A DNA stretch of 64,000 nt from an uncultured Collinsella sp. (GCA_902466075.1 CABQQA010000001.1:365403-429402), one strand, 5' to 3'. Positions 26,754 through 36,601 are shown, counted from the first letter of the stretch. Translations and numbers: made by a program. Notes: generated from the letters alone by a model not told the origin.

Positions 26754-27046
26754 GCGGCGTCCTTGGTGGTGTAGACACGTGCGAACGTGGACGGGTCCGC
26801 TCCAAAGAGCATGTGAAGCATCAGGCGGCGCGAGTAGATGAGCTCGTCAAAGTCGTGAGGGAGCTCGATGTCGTGGATACGCGCGATGTGGTGGGCGAGC
26901 GCCGAGAACGACTCGGGGTCGCAGATAACATCGGTGGTGACGTGGTAGACCGCCGTATCGGGGAACGCCTCTTCGTCGAAAGGCAGGAGATAGGGATCGT
27001 CGTCGACCTCGATGGCGACGCCGTACTGGGGCCAGTAATATGCCAT
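26750..27046 (-). CDS. small acidic cytoplasmic protein (first gene of the secreted-protein operon)
   Basis: 98 codons. The VAIEVDDD segment is reminiscent of DUF559-like proteins. Weak call. Confidence 0.35.
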   Translation of the reverse strand: MAYYWPQYGVAIEVDDDPYLLPFDEEAFPDTAVYHVTTDVICDPESFSALAHHIARIHDIELPHDFDELIYSRRLMLHMLFGADPSTFARVYTTKDAA

Positions 27047-27392
27047 GGGAACCTCCCTGCTTCTGGGGCCAAAACTTCTATCGGTTTTGGCTGTCGACGC
27101 CGACCGTATCAGCCGCTACTTGACCAATTTCTGACCAAATGCTTGACGGATTGACATCTCCGCAGGTAAAAGGTGGAAAAAATTACTTCAACTTTTTTCG
27201 AGCGACAATCGAGCGGTCGGCGACGGCGGGGCGATATGTGTCAAAAGCATCGTCTGCCGAGGAAGCCTTGCCGTTCGCCGAATTGCACAAACGTAAAAAT
27301 CGCCAATTATGGAGACGGTCTCGAACACGTCGACGAAACGATGCGGTAACATCTCCCTGCAAACACTGTAGTTAGCTAAAGGGGGAGTTCGC

Positions 27393-28994
27393 GTGTCTGC
27401 AACCATTAAACCCTTCACCGATGAGTTCGAAGAGTATGGCCGCGATGAATCTCGTGCATCGGGCGAAGCATCGAGCATCTCGTTTCCGACAACGGAAGAC
27501 GAGGTCCGTGCCATTTTGGAAACGCTTCATGCCGAGCGTGTCCTGGTAACGGTTCAGGGCGCCCGAACCGGCCTTGCCGCCGGTGCCGTGCCCCACGGTG
27601 GGCATATCCTCAATACTTCCCGTATGAATCGCTACTTGGGCCTTCGCCGCGATGAACAAGGCCAATTTCTGCTGCGCGTGGAGCCGGGCGTTGTGCTCTC
27701 GGAGCTGCGTAAGCAGCTGAGCAAGAAGGTACTGCCGACCGCTGGTTGGGACCAGGCATCGCTTGAGGCCTACGAGGAGTTCCAAGAGTCCCCCGAGCAG
27801 TTCTTTCTCACCGATCCCACCGAGGCATCTGCCTGTCTGGGTGGCATGGCGGCATGCAACGCCTCCGGCGCCCGCAGCTACGCTTACGGCTCCATGCGCC
27901 CGCATATCACGGGACTCCACGTCGCGCTGGCTGATGGCGATTTGCTTGAGCTTCAGCGCGGCGAGGCTTTTGCCCAGGGCCGCCACCTGTCGCTCGTGAC
28001 GGCAGAGGGCCGTACGCTCGAGCTCGATCTTCCCGGCTATACCATGCCCGAGACAAAAAATGCCTCAGGCTATTTCGTTGCGGACGATATGGACGCCATC
28101 GACCTCTTTATCGGCGCGTGCGGCACGCTCGGCGTTATCACCGAGCTCGAGATTGCCCTGCAGGCGGCGCCTGCGGTCGTTTGGGGTGTGAGTTGCTTTT
28201 TCGATAGCGAGGACAAGGCGGTGTCCTTTACCGATTCCGTGCGCCCTGTCCTGTCCCATGCGGCTGCCATCGAGTACTTCGATGCTGGCGCCCTGGATAT
28301 TCTACGTCGCCAGCGCGAGCAGTCGACGGCGTTTGCCTCGCTGCCGGCGCTCGACAAAGAGGCCAAGGTATGTGTCTACGTGGAGCTCGATTGCGATGAC
28401 GAGGCGCAGGCGACCGAGGAGCTGTACCACTTGGGATGGGTGCTGGAGCTTGCGGGCGGCCGCGACGATGCGACATGGGTCGCCCGCACCGAAGTCGATC
28501 GCGAGTGCCAGCGGTTCTTCCGCCACGCGGTGCCCGAGAGCGTCAACATGCTCATCGACGAGCGTCGCCGCACCGACCCCACCATTACCAAGCTGGGATC
28601 GGATATGTCGGTGCCCAATGCACGCCTTGCCGATGTCGTGGCCCTCTATCGCCGCACGCTGGCCGAAAGCGGGCTTGAGTCTGCTGCCTGGGGACACATC
28701 GGGAACAACCATCTGCATGTGAACATCCTGCCGCGCGATGCGCAAGACTACCGTCGTGGTGGAGAGCTCTTTGCCCAGTGGGCTTCCGAGGTCACGGCCA
28801 TGGGCGGTGCCGTTTCTGCCGAACACGGCGTCGGCAAGATCAAGGCGGGCTTCTTGGAGACGATGTACGGCCACGAGGCTATGGTCGAGTCGGCGCGCCT
28901 CAAACTCCAGCTCGATCCTGCCGGCCAGCTGGGTCGCGGCAACCTGTTTACGGAGAAGCTCTTGGATGAACTCGTCCAGAAAGGGGGCGCGTGA
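27393..28994 (+). CDS. FAD-binding oxidoreductase (GlcD/LctD-like; FAD-linked oxidase N- and C-terminal domains)
   Basis: VTVQGARTGLAAGAVP FAD-binding PCMH-type motif and ACLGGMAACNASGARSYAYGSMR. GTG start with AAAGGGGGAG RBS. Confidence 0.8.
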   Translation: MSATIKPFTDEFEEYGRDESRASGEASSISFPTTEDEVRAILETLHAERVLVTVQGARTGLAAGAVPHGGHILNTSRMNRYLGLRRDEQGQFLLRVEPGVVLSELRKQLSKKVLPTAGWDQASLEAYEEFQESPEQFFLTDPTEASACLGGMAACNASGARSYAYGSMRPHITGLHVALADGDLLELQRGEAFAQGRHLSLVTAEGRTLELDLPGYTMPETKNASGYFVADDMDAIDLFIGACGTLGVITELEIALQAAPAVVWGVSCFFDSEDKAVSFTDSVRPVLSHAAAIEYFDAGALDILRRQREQSTAFASLPALDKEAKVCVYVELDCDDEAQATEELYHLGWVLELAGGRDDATWVARTEVDRECQRFFRHAVPESVNMLIDERRRTDPTITKLGSDMSVPNARLADVVALYRRTLAESGLESAAWGHIGNNHLHVNILPRDAQDYRRGGELFAQWASEVTAMGGAVSAEHGVGKIKAGFLETMYGHEAMVESARLKLQLDPAGQLGRGNLFTEKLLDELVQKGGA

Positions 28995-29812
28995 AGATGA
29001 GTGATTTCCATATGGTGGTGTGCGTCAAGGCGGTGCCCGGAAGCACCGAGGTCAAGATGGACCCCAAGACCAATACTATCGTGCGTGATGGCAAGCAGGC
29101 GGTCATTAATCCCTTCGATGCAAGTGCTCTCGAATGTGCGCTAGCGCTGAAGGACGACTTTATCGGCTTTGGCATGGACGTGCGTGTGACGGTGGTGTCG
29201 ATGGGCATTCCCGCGACCGAATCGCTGCTGCGCGACTGCATCGCCCGCGGTGCCGACGACGCGCTGCTGCTGACCGACCGAGCCTTTGCGGGCGCCGATA
29301 CCCTAGCCACCACCTATGCCCTCAAATGCGGCATCGAGGCACTCGATGAGGACTTTGACCTGCTCATCTGCGGCAAGATGGCAGTGGACGGCGATACGGC
29401 CCAGATCGGCCCCGAGCTGGCCGGCGCCTTTGGGGTCCCCTGCGTGACCGACGTGAGCTGTGTGCAGAGCGCGGGATTTACGACGTGTGGCTCGCTGGCG
29501 CTCGTCCACGGCTGCGATGCCGGCGAGGAGACGGTGTACCTGGAGATGCCGTGTGCGATGACGACCGCCAAGGAGATTGGCCAGCTGCGCATGCCGAGTA
29601 TTGCCGGTATTCGCGCGGCCGAGGATGCAGACGTGCGCGTGGCCAGCGCTGCCGACGTAAACGCCGATCCCTCGCGTTGCGGCCTTGCCGGATCACCGAC
29701 GCAGGTCGTGCGCTCGTTTGTGCCCGACCGTGACCAAACGTGCGAGGCCGTTGAGGGAACGGCGTCCGAGCAGGCGGTAAAACTTGCCAAGATTATCGAG
29801 GGGATGGCATAG
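28991..29812 (+). CDS. etfB: electron transfer flavoprotein beta subunit
   Basis: MVVCVKAVPGST...VINPFDASALECALAL matches the EtfB N-terminus. GTG start overlaps the upstream stop. Confidence 0.85.
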   Translation: MKMSDFHMVVCVKAVPGSTEVKMDPKTNTIVRDGKQAVINPFDASALECALALKDDFIGFGMDVRVTVVSMGIPATESLLRDCIARGADDALLLTDRAFAGADTLATTYALKCGIEALDEDFDLLICGKMAVDGDTAQIGPELAGAFGVPCVTDVSCVQSAGFTTCGSLALVHGCDAGEETVYLEMPCAMTTAKEIGQLRMPSIAGIRAAEDADVRVASAADVNADPSRCGLAGSPTQVVRSFVPDRDQTCEAVEGTASEQAVKLAKIIEGMA

Positions 29813-31018
29813 ATGAGCGGGCTGATTATCGATGGCGAAGCCTGTATCGGCTGCGGTCGCTGCGTTCGCGCCTGCGCCTCGGGCGGCATTGTGGTGGAGG
29901 GTGAGCGCCCCAATCGCTGTGCCCGCGTAACCGACGGCTGTATCCTGTGCGGTGGGTGCGTCGACGCCTGCCCCGTCAACGCCATCTCGATTGAGCGCGA
30001 CGAGGCCGCCGGCGCGGCAGACCTTGACGCATATCGAGACATCTGGATCTTCGTGCAGACTGACGAGCACGATGCCGTTGCATCCGTGGCCTTCGAGCTC
30101 ATGGGCAAGGGGCGCGAGCTTGCCGATGCCCGCGGCTGCCGTCTGGTGGCACTGGTCGGCATGAGCCCCGAGGGCTCACTCGGGGACCTGGAGCATCTGA
30201 TTTGCGCCGGTGCGGACGAAGTTCTGGTCTGTCGTGACGAGCGCCTGCGTCAGAACGACGCGGAGGTCTACGCCCGCTTGATCTGCGATTTGGTAGCCGA
30301 GCGCAAGCCCGAGGCCATTCTGTACGGCGCGACCGCCTTTGGTCGCGAGCTGGCGCCCGGTGTGGCCGTGCGCTTGCAGACGGGCCTTACGGCCGATTGC
30401 ACGGTGCTTTCGATGGATACGGAGACGGGTCTGCTGCAGCAGACGCGCCCGGCGTTTGGCGGCAACCTGATGGCCACCATTATCTGCCCCAACCACCGTC
30501 CTCAGATGGCAACGGTGCGCCCCGGCATCATTAAGGCGCCCGAGTTTGACTATAGCCGCTCCGGCACGATTGCCCAGGTAGTGCTAGCGGATGACGTTAA
30601 GGCCCGTGTCGAGATCTCGATTCCCGCCGAGGAGTGGGGACAGCAGGCCTCAATTGCCGATGCCGAGCGTCTAGTCGTGGTGGGCCGCGGCATCGGCTCC
30701 AAGAAAAACCTACCGCTGATGCGAAAGCTTGCCGAGGCTCTGGGTGCCGAGCTTGGCTGCACGCGCCCCGTGGTGGAGGCCGGCTGGCTGGAGTATCGCC
30801 ACCAAATTGGCCAGACGGGTGTATCGGTCTCGCCCAAGCTCCTCGTGAGCATCGGTGTCTCGGGCGCTATCCAGCATCTCGCCGGCATCGGTGGGGCGGA
30901 GTGCATTGTCGCCATCAATGAGGACCCGGATGCCCCCATCTTCGGTGCCGCCCAGTACAAGGTCGTCGGCGATGCCGTTGAGATCGTTGAGGAACTGCTG
31001 GCTCAGCTCGAGTGCTAA
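29813..31018 (+). CDS. etfA: electron transfer flavoprotein alpha subunit with N-terminal 2x[4Fe-4S] ferredoxin domain
   Basis: CIGCGRCVRAC and CILCGGCVDACP cluster motifs, followed by the EtfA FAD-binding region (VSIGVSGAIQHLAGI...). The ATG directly abuts the etfB stop. Confidence 0.85.
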   Translation: MSGLIIDGEACIGCGRCVRACASGGIVVEGERPNRCARVTDGCILCGGCVDACPVNAISIERDEAAGAADLDAYRDIWIFVQTDEHDAVASVAFELMGKGRELADARGCRLVALVGMSPEGSLGDLEHLICAGADEVLVCRDERLRQNDAEVYARLICDLVAERKPEAILYGATAFGRELAPGVAVRLQTGLTADCTVLSMDTETGLLQQTRPAFGGNLMATIICPNHRPQMATVRPGIIKAPEFDYSRSGTIAQVVLADDVKARVEISIPAEEWGQQASIADAERLVVVGRGIGSKKNLPLMRKLAEALGAELGCTRPVVEAGWLEYRHQIGQTGVSVSPKLLVSIGVSGAIQHLAGIGGAECIVAINEDPDAPIFGAAQYKVVGDAVEIVEELLAQLEC

Positions 31019-31827
31019 GCGCTTGCCAGCCAGCGGCGCAGCTCGTCCTTAAGGCGGCTCCAGGTTGCCTGCGCGGCGGGGTCGGTAAAGGGTCGCGTAA
31101 TGCCAAAGGGCGCGTCGAGCAGGCGATAGATATCGCCTTGCTCGCGCGCCAGTGCACGGCTTGCCGGATGGACGAGCTCAAACATAAAGCAGATGAGCCC
31201 CACCAGGTAGTCCGCCGGCTCGTTGCGCTCGTCACGCGCGACGCAGCGATGCTCGTCAAAGGCGGTAAGCGCCGGTGTCGAGAAGTGGCTGGCGAGAAAC
31301 GTGTCCTCATCCACCTTGAGGATGGTGTCGACGGTGCTGTCGGCGATGGTGCGCATAATGTCGATCTTGTCACCATCGCGCACGATATCGCAGAAGCTCC
31401 GCGTGCGCTCGTCGAGCTGCGAGGGTAGACGGAAATCGCTGTGATAGGCAATGCTCGCTCGGATGAGCTCATCTTCTGCCGGGTCATCGATAAAGTCGCG
31501 GATGCTCGTTACGGCGGGTGCATCGGCGGGATTCTCGCCAAAGAGGACCTCGATGCCCAGCGCCGCATGGCTCATGCTCTCGGCGTCCTTAAAGGTGTCC
31601 CAGCGCCGCAGCTGCTCAAAGCGGCCCATATCGTGTAGCAGGCCGCAAAGCCATGCCAGGTCAATATCTTCTGACGACCAGCCCTGCTCGCGCGCTACGG
31701 CATCGCATGCCTCGGCCACGTGGTACGTATGCTCGATTTTGAGCGCGATGCGTGGATTGGTGGCGTCGTAGGCATCGGTGTAGCTTTTGAAGGCCGCGCG
31801 CGCCCGGTCTCGATCGATAGCTGTCAT
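31015..31827 (-). CDS. HD-domain phosphohydrolase
   Basis: HTYHVAEAC...LCGLLHDMGRF, with the H..HD metal-binding pattern. Confidence 0.7.
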   Translation of the reverse strand: MTAIDRDRARAAFKSYTDAYDATNPRIALKIEHTYHVAEACDAVAREQGWSSEDIDLAWLCGLLHDMGRFEQLRRWDTFKDAESMSHAALGIEVLFGENPADAPAVTSIRDFIDDPAEDELIRASIAYHSDFRLPSQLDERTRSFCDIVRDGDKIDIMRTIADSTVDTILKVDEDTFLASHFSTPALTAFDEHRCVARDERNEPADYLVGLICFMFELVHPASRALAREQGDIYRLLDAPFGITRPFTDPAAQATWSRLKDELRRWLASA

Positions 31828-31953
31828 AATGACTTCCTAAAAAGTTGTGTCTTTCGATCCGGTGGCAATTGTAGGTGAACTCGGTTGCTGTCGGATGATG
31901 ATTCTGCCGTGTCGCTACATGCGGCTCGGAGACCTTGTCAGGATGAGAAGCGT

Positions 31954-32646
31954 ATGGTGCTCAAAATCGTTAGAACCGTCTGGCCGGTGATGCTTACCTA
32001 TGTTGCGATAGGCGCGCCGTGCGGAATGATCATGGGGCAGACGGGAATGGAGCCCTGGATGGTCTTTGCTCTGAGCAGCACGTTTGTGACGGGCAGCGGC
32101 CAGTTTATGATCTGCAATCTTTGGCTGGCGGGCGTACCGGCACCTTCGATTATCGCGAGCGTCGCCGCCATCTCATCGCGCTTTGCACTTTATTCGGCAT
32201 CGATCGCACCCCATCTGGCGGGCGCCTCGAAGCGTCAGACGCTGGCTGTTGCCGCGACGCTCACCGAGGAGGCATACGGCATCTCGCTTGCCAAGCTGGT
32301 TGAGGGGGAGGATTGGGGCCCGCGCGAATCCTTCGTGCTCAACGTGATCCTCATCGCGACATGGGGCGCTTCGTGCACGATGGGTGCCATCGCCGGTGCC
32401 GTTGCCGATGTTCCCACCGCTATTGCGAGTTTCGTCTGCACCTTGCTCTTTATCTGCCTGCTCTTTTCGCAGCGGCTGTCGCGCGGCAACGTTGTCGCGG
32501 CGGTTTCGGGCGCGGTGTCCGTCGCCGTATGCAAGTTCTTGGGCCTCGTGAATATTGCCGTGCCGGCAAGCGTCGTGGTCGGCATTACCATTGCGCTGGC
32601 GTGCGATGCTGTATTTGACGGAAGAGGTGCCCGCGATGCCCGTTAA
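31954..32646 (+). CDS. azlC: AzlC-family branched-chain amino acid exporter subunit
   Basis: Multi-TM protein with GAPCGM...TGSGQFM. Paired with a small downstream AzlD-like gene. The ORF opens at 31885. Confidence 0.7.
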   Translation: MVLKIVRTVWPVMLTYVAIGAPCGMIMGQTGMEPWMVFALSSTFVTGSGQFMICNLWLAGVPAPSIIASVAAISSRFALYSASIAPHLAGASKRQTLAVAATLTEEAYGISLAKLVEGEDWGPRESFVLNVILIATWGASCTMGAIAGAVADVPTAIASFVCTLLFICLLFSQRLSRGNVVAAVSGAVSVAVCKFLGLVNIAVPASVVVGITIALACDAVFDGRGARDAR

Positions 32647-32959
32647 CGAGTTCTTGGTTCTGTGGCTGTCGTCGTGGGCTGCTATCGCGTTCTTTCGCAT
32701 CGCGCCGGCGTTCGCCTTGCGCGGGCGGACCCTGTCGCCCCGCATTACCGAGGCCCTGGGCTATATCCCGCCCGCCGCCTTTGCCGCGCTGGTCGCCAAC
32801 GACTTGGTGAGTCCCGGCGCGTTCGACGCGGGGCTCTGGCCTGCCTTGGTTCCCTGGATTGCGGCCGCCGGTGTCGTGGTCGTGGCGGTCAAGACAAAAT
32901 CGATGCTGTGGTGCTGCGTCTCGGGCATCGTACTCTATATCGTCTTGAGCCTTATATAG
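32636..32959 (+). CDS. azlD: AzlD-family small membrane protein
   Basis: 107 aa, 3-4 TM. The ATG overlaps the azlC stop (ATGCCCGTTAA). Confidence 0.65.
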   Translation: MPVNEFLVLWLSSWAAIAFFRIAPAFALRGRTLSPRITEALGYIPPAAFAALVANDLVSPGAFDAGLWPALVPWIAAAGVVVVAVKTKSMLWCCVSGIVLYIVLSLI

Positions 32960-33109
32960 GGGTGGCGTCGCGGGCGCCGAATCTCGTTCCATCCCAACTT
33001 GTCGAATTTTTCACCGAGCTGGTCTATTTCTTCTGGTACCATGGTCAAACTTTACTGTAGCAAAGCGTGACGTGGGCTTTTGTACCCCGTCAGCGGAAAT
33101 GGGGGTTTC

Positions 33110-34132
33110 ATGGCACAGGAAGCGAACGCCAACGAGCAAAAGAAATTCAAGGTCCCGCGCATCCCGGGCGACATCATGATCTATCCGATGATCGTCGGTC
33201 TTTTGCTCAACACCTTCTGCCCGCAGGTTTTTGAGATCGGCGGCTTCTTTACGGCTGCCTGCCGCGGTGGCTCCAATACCATCGTCGCCGCGATCCTGCT
33301 GTTTGTGGGCGCCGGCATCAGCTTTAAGTCCACGCCGGGTGCCATCAAGACCGGCATCGTCGTGCTGATCCCCAAGCTGGTCGTCGCAGCGGCTCTCGGC
33401 CTGGGCGTGGCATATTTCTTTAACGACAACTTCCTGGGTCTGAGTTCCGTGTCTATCATCGGCGGCATCACGTTTTGCAACATGGCGCTCTATACGGGCA
33501 TCATGGGCGAGTTTGGCGATGAGTCCGAGCAGGGCGCCGTCGGTATCCTGTTCTTTACGGCCGGCCCTGCCGTCACGATGATCATCCTCGGTGTTTCCGG
33601 CCTCGCCAACATTCCCATTGGCACCATTATCGGCTCCATCTTGCCACTCGTTATTGGCATGGTTCTGGGCAACCTGTTCCCGTTTATCAAGAACCTGCTG
33701 GTCCCCGGCGCCAATCCCGCGATCGCTGTCATCGGTTTTCAGCTCGGTGCGTCCATGAGCCTATCGAGCTTTATCACCGGCGGTATTTCCGGCATCTTGC
33801 TGGGCCTTGTCACGCTGTTTGTCGTCGGTCCCATCACCTTTGCGTTTGAGCGTCTGTGCGGCGGCAATGGCAAGGCCGCTGTGGCTTGCTCCACCATTGC
33901 CGGCACGGCTATGACCACACCGGTTGCCCTCGCCGAGGTCGCACCGCGCTACGCCGAGCTTGCGCCCACCGCGTACGCTCAGATCGCCACCGCCGTTATC
34001 ATCACGGCGATCATGGCTCCGATTCTGACTGGCTGGGTCGACAAGAAGTTCTGCCAAGGCAAGGAGGATCTGTCGCCTGTCGGTGTCGAGGCCATCGAGG
34101 AGGCTGTCGCGACTGACATCGATGGCGAGTAG
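33110..34132 (+). CDS. KdgT-family (2-keto-3-deoxygluconate permease-like) transporter
   Basis: MIYPMIVGLLLNTFCP matches the N-terminus. About 10 TM, Gly-rich helices. Confidence 0.7.
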   Translation: MAQEANANEQKKFKVPRIPGDIMIYPMIVGLLLNTFCPQVFEIGGFFTAACRGGSNTIVAAILLFVGAGISFKSTPGAIKTGIVVLIPKLVVAAALGLGVAYFFNDNFLGLSSVSIIGGITFCNMALYTGIMGEFGDESEQGAVGILFFTAGPAVTMIILGVSGLANIPIGTIIGSILPLVIGMVLGNLFPFIKNLLVPGANPAIAVIGFQLGASMSLSSFITGGISGILLGLVTLFVVGPITFAFERLCGGNGKAAVACSTIAGTAMTTPVALAEVAPRYAELAPTAYAQIATAVIITAIMAPILTGWVDKKFCQGKEDLSPVGVEAIEEAVATDIDGE

Positions 34133-34181
34133 CAATCGATACCCATCAATGATGCCGGCGTGTGCAATTCGCGCCGTATGG

Positions 34182-34259
34182 GCGCCCGAACAGAAACTGT
34201 TTTGCAGTGATGTTCGGGCGCTCTGCTATTATCCCCTTTACCCCTGCGGAGTAAAGGGG
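34182..34259 (+). terminator. two tandem hairpins downstream of the KdgT-like gene
   Basis: GCGCCCGAACA-18 nt-TGTTCGGGCGC, and CCCCTTTAC-ccctgcgga-GTAAAGGGG followed by TGTTTATT. Confidence 0.5.
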
Positions 34260-34280
34260 TGTTTATTGCCCTGATTCGAA

Positions 34281-35465
34281 TTGGGCGATTCTGACCACTT
34301 GGATATTGAAGGGATGGCGCTAGTGGTTAAGGCACTCAAGATTGAGATATTCGTGCTATGCATGATTGTTCTTATCGGGCTTGCCGTACGAAGCCGTCGC
34401 TCCCTGTTCTCGAGCACCCAGCAGCTTTTGTTTAGCATGCTGGGCTACACGTCTGCTGCGTACATATTATTCGATATGATCTGGACGCTTTCGGACGGTA
34501 TGGACGGCACGTTGGGCATTGCTGCCAACTGGATTTCCAACGCGGTTTCGTTTTCGCTCTTTGCTATCGCGTGTCTCATTTGGTTTATCTATTCCGAGAC
34601 GGTGCAGGGTTCTCGCCTTTTGACCTCGCGCTATAAGGTGGTGCTTGTAGCGTTGCCTACGGCTCTGGTGGTCGTGCTGGCGTTTACCAGTTACTGGACG
34701 CACGCCCTGTTCTATATCGATTCGCAGGGCGTGTATCGTCGCGGCTTTGCCTATATGATCCAGCCCATCGTCAGCTACTGTTACGTTATACATACGTCCC
34801 TACATGCGTTTGTGCAATCTCGCAGGGTCGAGAGCCTGCAGACGAAGGCCATCTATCGAACCTTGGCATTTTTCGCCATTCCGGCCCTGGTGGGCGGTAC
34901 CTTTCAGGTCGTATACTCGGTGCCCGGCCTTTGTGTCGGCATAATGATTAGCATGTTGCTGCTCTACATCATCTACCAGGAGCAGCTCATCTCGACCGAC
35001 CCGTTGACTGGACTTAACAATCGCAACCGTTTTGAGACCTATATGCTGTCGCTCTTCTCAAATGTGGATCAGGCCGAAGATGTATATCTGCTTATGATGG
35101 ACGCTGATGGCTTTAAGCAGATTAACGATCGCTATGGACATGTGGAGGGCGACCATGCTCTTCAGGTTGTTGCGACGGCGCTCAAGGATGTCTGTTCGCC
35201 GGCTGGTGGTTTTATCGCACGTTATGGTGGTGATGAGTTCGTGGTGCTCCAAAAGGCAGCGGCGGAACAGGACATCATGCGTCTGTGCGCGGCAATCAAC
35301 GATGAACTCGCACGCGCCGAGGTGCCGTATCTGTTGCGGATGTCCATCGGCTATGCACGGGTCGGTGATGGTGTCGATACCTGGCAAGATTTGCTTCGCG
35401 CCGCCGACGCGGAGCTCTACCGCGTAAAGTACGAGAAGAAGAAAGCTGGCGTCCAGATACGCTAG
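34281..35465 (+). CDS. GGDEF-domain diguanylate cyclase with N-terminal multi-TM sensor region
   Basis: DPLTGLNNRNRFE and RYGGDEFVV catalytic motifs, preceded by about 7 hydrophobic helices. Confidence 0.8.
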   Translation: MGDSDHLDIEGMALVVKALKIEIFVLCMIVLIGLAVRSRRSLFSSTQQLLFSMLGYTSAAYILFDMIWTLSDGMDGTLGIAANWISNAVSFSLFAIACLIWFIYSETVQGSRLLTSRYKVVLVALPTALVVVLAFTSYWTHALFYIDSQGVYRRGFAYMIQPIVSYCYVIHTSLHAFVQSRRVESLQTKAIYRTLAFFAIPALVGGTFQVVYSVPGLCVGIMISMLLLYIIYQEQLISTDPLTGLNNRNRFETYMLSLFSNVDQAEDVYLLMMDADGFKQINDRYGHVEGDHALQVVATALKDVCSPAGGFIARYGGDEFVVLQKAAAEQDIMRLCAAINDELARAEVPYLLRMSIGYARVGDGVDTWQDLLRAADAELYRVKYEKKKAGVQIR

Positions 35466-35566
35466 AAATAGGGGCGCACGCTTGCGTGCATGGTGGCCCT
35501 CGGCTCTCCGATGTATTCCATTAAACTAAAGTATGTGAATCCCCTCTGCTAAATAAGGGCAGTTCG

Positions 35567-36502
35567 CTAGGCCTTTTTAGGCCTGTTGACGATGATGATG
35601 CCGCCGCAGACCAACAGCAGGGCAACTATAACGGTAACGGGGCTCGTGCCGGCGCCCTCGCCGAGCAGCAGCGCACTCAACAGCACACCAAAGACGGGGT
35701 TCATAAACCCAAAGACCGAGACGCGGCTGACGGGGTTGACGGCAAGCAGGCGCGACCATAGCGAGTACGCGATGGCGGAGATGAGTGCCATATAGATAAT
35801 GAGCGCGATGGCGGGGATGATCGCGGTGGGGGAGAGCGCGCCGCCCATCAAAAACCCGATGGCGGTGAGGACCAGGCCGCCGACCAAGAACTGCCACCCG
35901 GCAAGCAAGACACCGTCGTGCTCGCGCGAGAAGATGCCGATCAGACAGGTCGACAGGGCACCCGCGACGGTGGAGGCCAGGATAAAGCCCTCGCCGTCGA
36001 GCGTAAAGCCAAAGGTGCCGTCCGCGCCCGAAAGGTTGACGAGCGCGACGCCGGCAAAGCCCAGTACACAGCCGAGCACCTTGGCCGCATCGAGCTTTTC
36101 GGTGCGAAACGCCAGGGCGGCAAAGAGGATTGCGAGGAAGTTGGCGCTGGCCTCGATGATGGAGCTCGACATGGCACTGGCGCGCGAGAGTCCCAGGTAG
36201 AAAAAGAAGTACTGCCCGATAGTCTGGAAGAGTGACAGGATGCAGATGGGCTTGATATCGCGTACCTGTGGGACGAGCGGGCGGCGCTGAGCTGTGCTCA
36301 TACCGACGATAACCAGGATGCCGGCAAGCGTGAAGCGCAAACCTGCAAAGAGTAGCTGCGAGGCGCTATCGTGCGCCGGGATCCCAAAGAGTGCGTAGCC
36401 GATCTTGATGCAGGGAAAGGCCGATCCCCAGAGTGCACAGCAAACAAGACAGCCCAGGATGAGTCCGGGCAGGGTGGCGAGATACGGCTTGCGGCTTTCC
36501 AT
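35567..36502 (-). CDS. EamA/DMT-family transporter
   Basis: 10-TM pattern with two EamA-like halves. The start at MESRKPY is internal; the ORF opens at 36544. Confidence 0.7.
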   Translation of the reverse strand: MESRKPYLATLPGLILGCLVCCALWGSAFPCIKIGYALFGIPAHDSASQLLFAGLRFTLAGILVIVGMSTAQRRPLVPQVRDIKPICILSLFQTIGQYFFFYLGLSRASAMSSSIIEASANFLAILFAALAFRTEKLDAAKVLGCVLGFAGVALVNLSGADGTFGFTLDGEGFILASTVAGALSTCLIGIFSREHDGVLLAGWQFLVGGLVLTAIGFLMGGALSPTAIIPAIALIIYMALISAIAYSLWSRLLAVNPVSRVSVFGFMNPVFGVLLSALLLGEGAGTSPVTVIVALLLVCGGIIIVNRPKKA

Positions 36503-36525
36503 GATGTCCTTCCTACATGCGCGAA

Positions 36526-36563
36526 GCAAAAAAGAACCCGCCACCGGATGTGTCGGTGGCGGG
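36526..36563 (-). terminator. rho-independent terminator downstream of purL
   Basis: CCCGCCACCG-gatgtgt-CGGTGGCGGG with a T-tract on the minus strand (plus-strand AAAAAAG). Confidence 0.55.
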
Positions 36564-36601
36564 TGTTGTTACCCGAGGGGATTGTACCCGATGGGAAAGG
36601 C

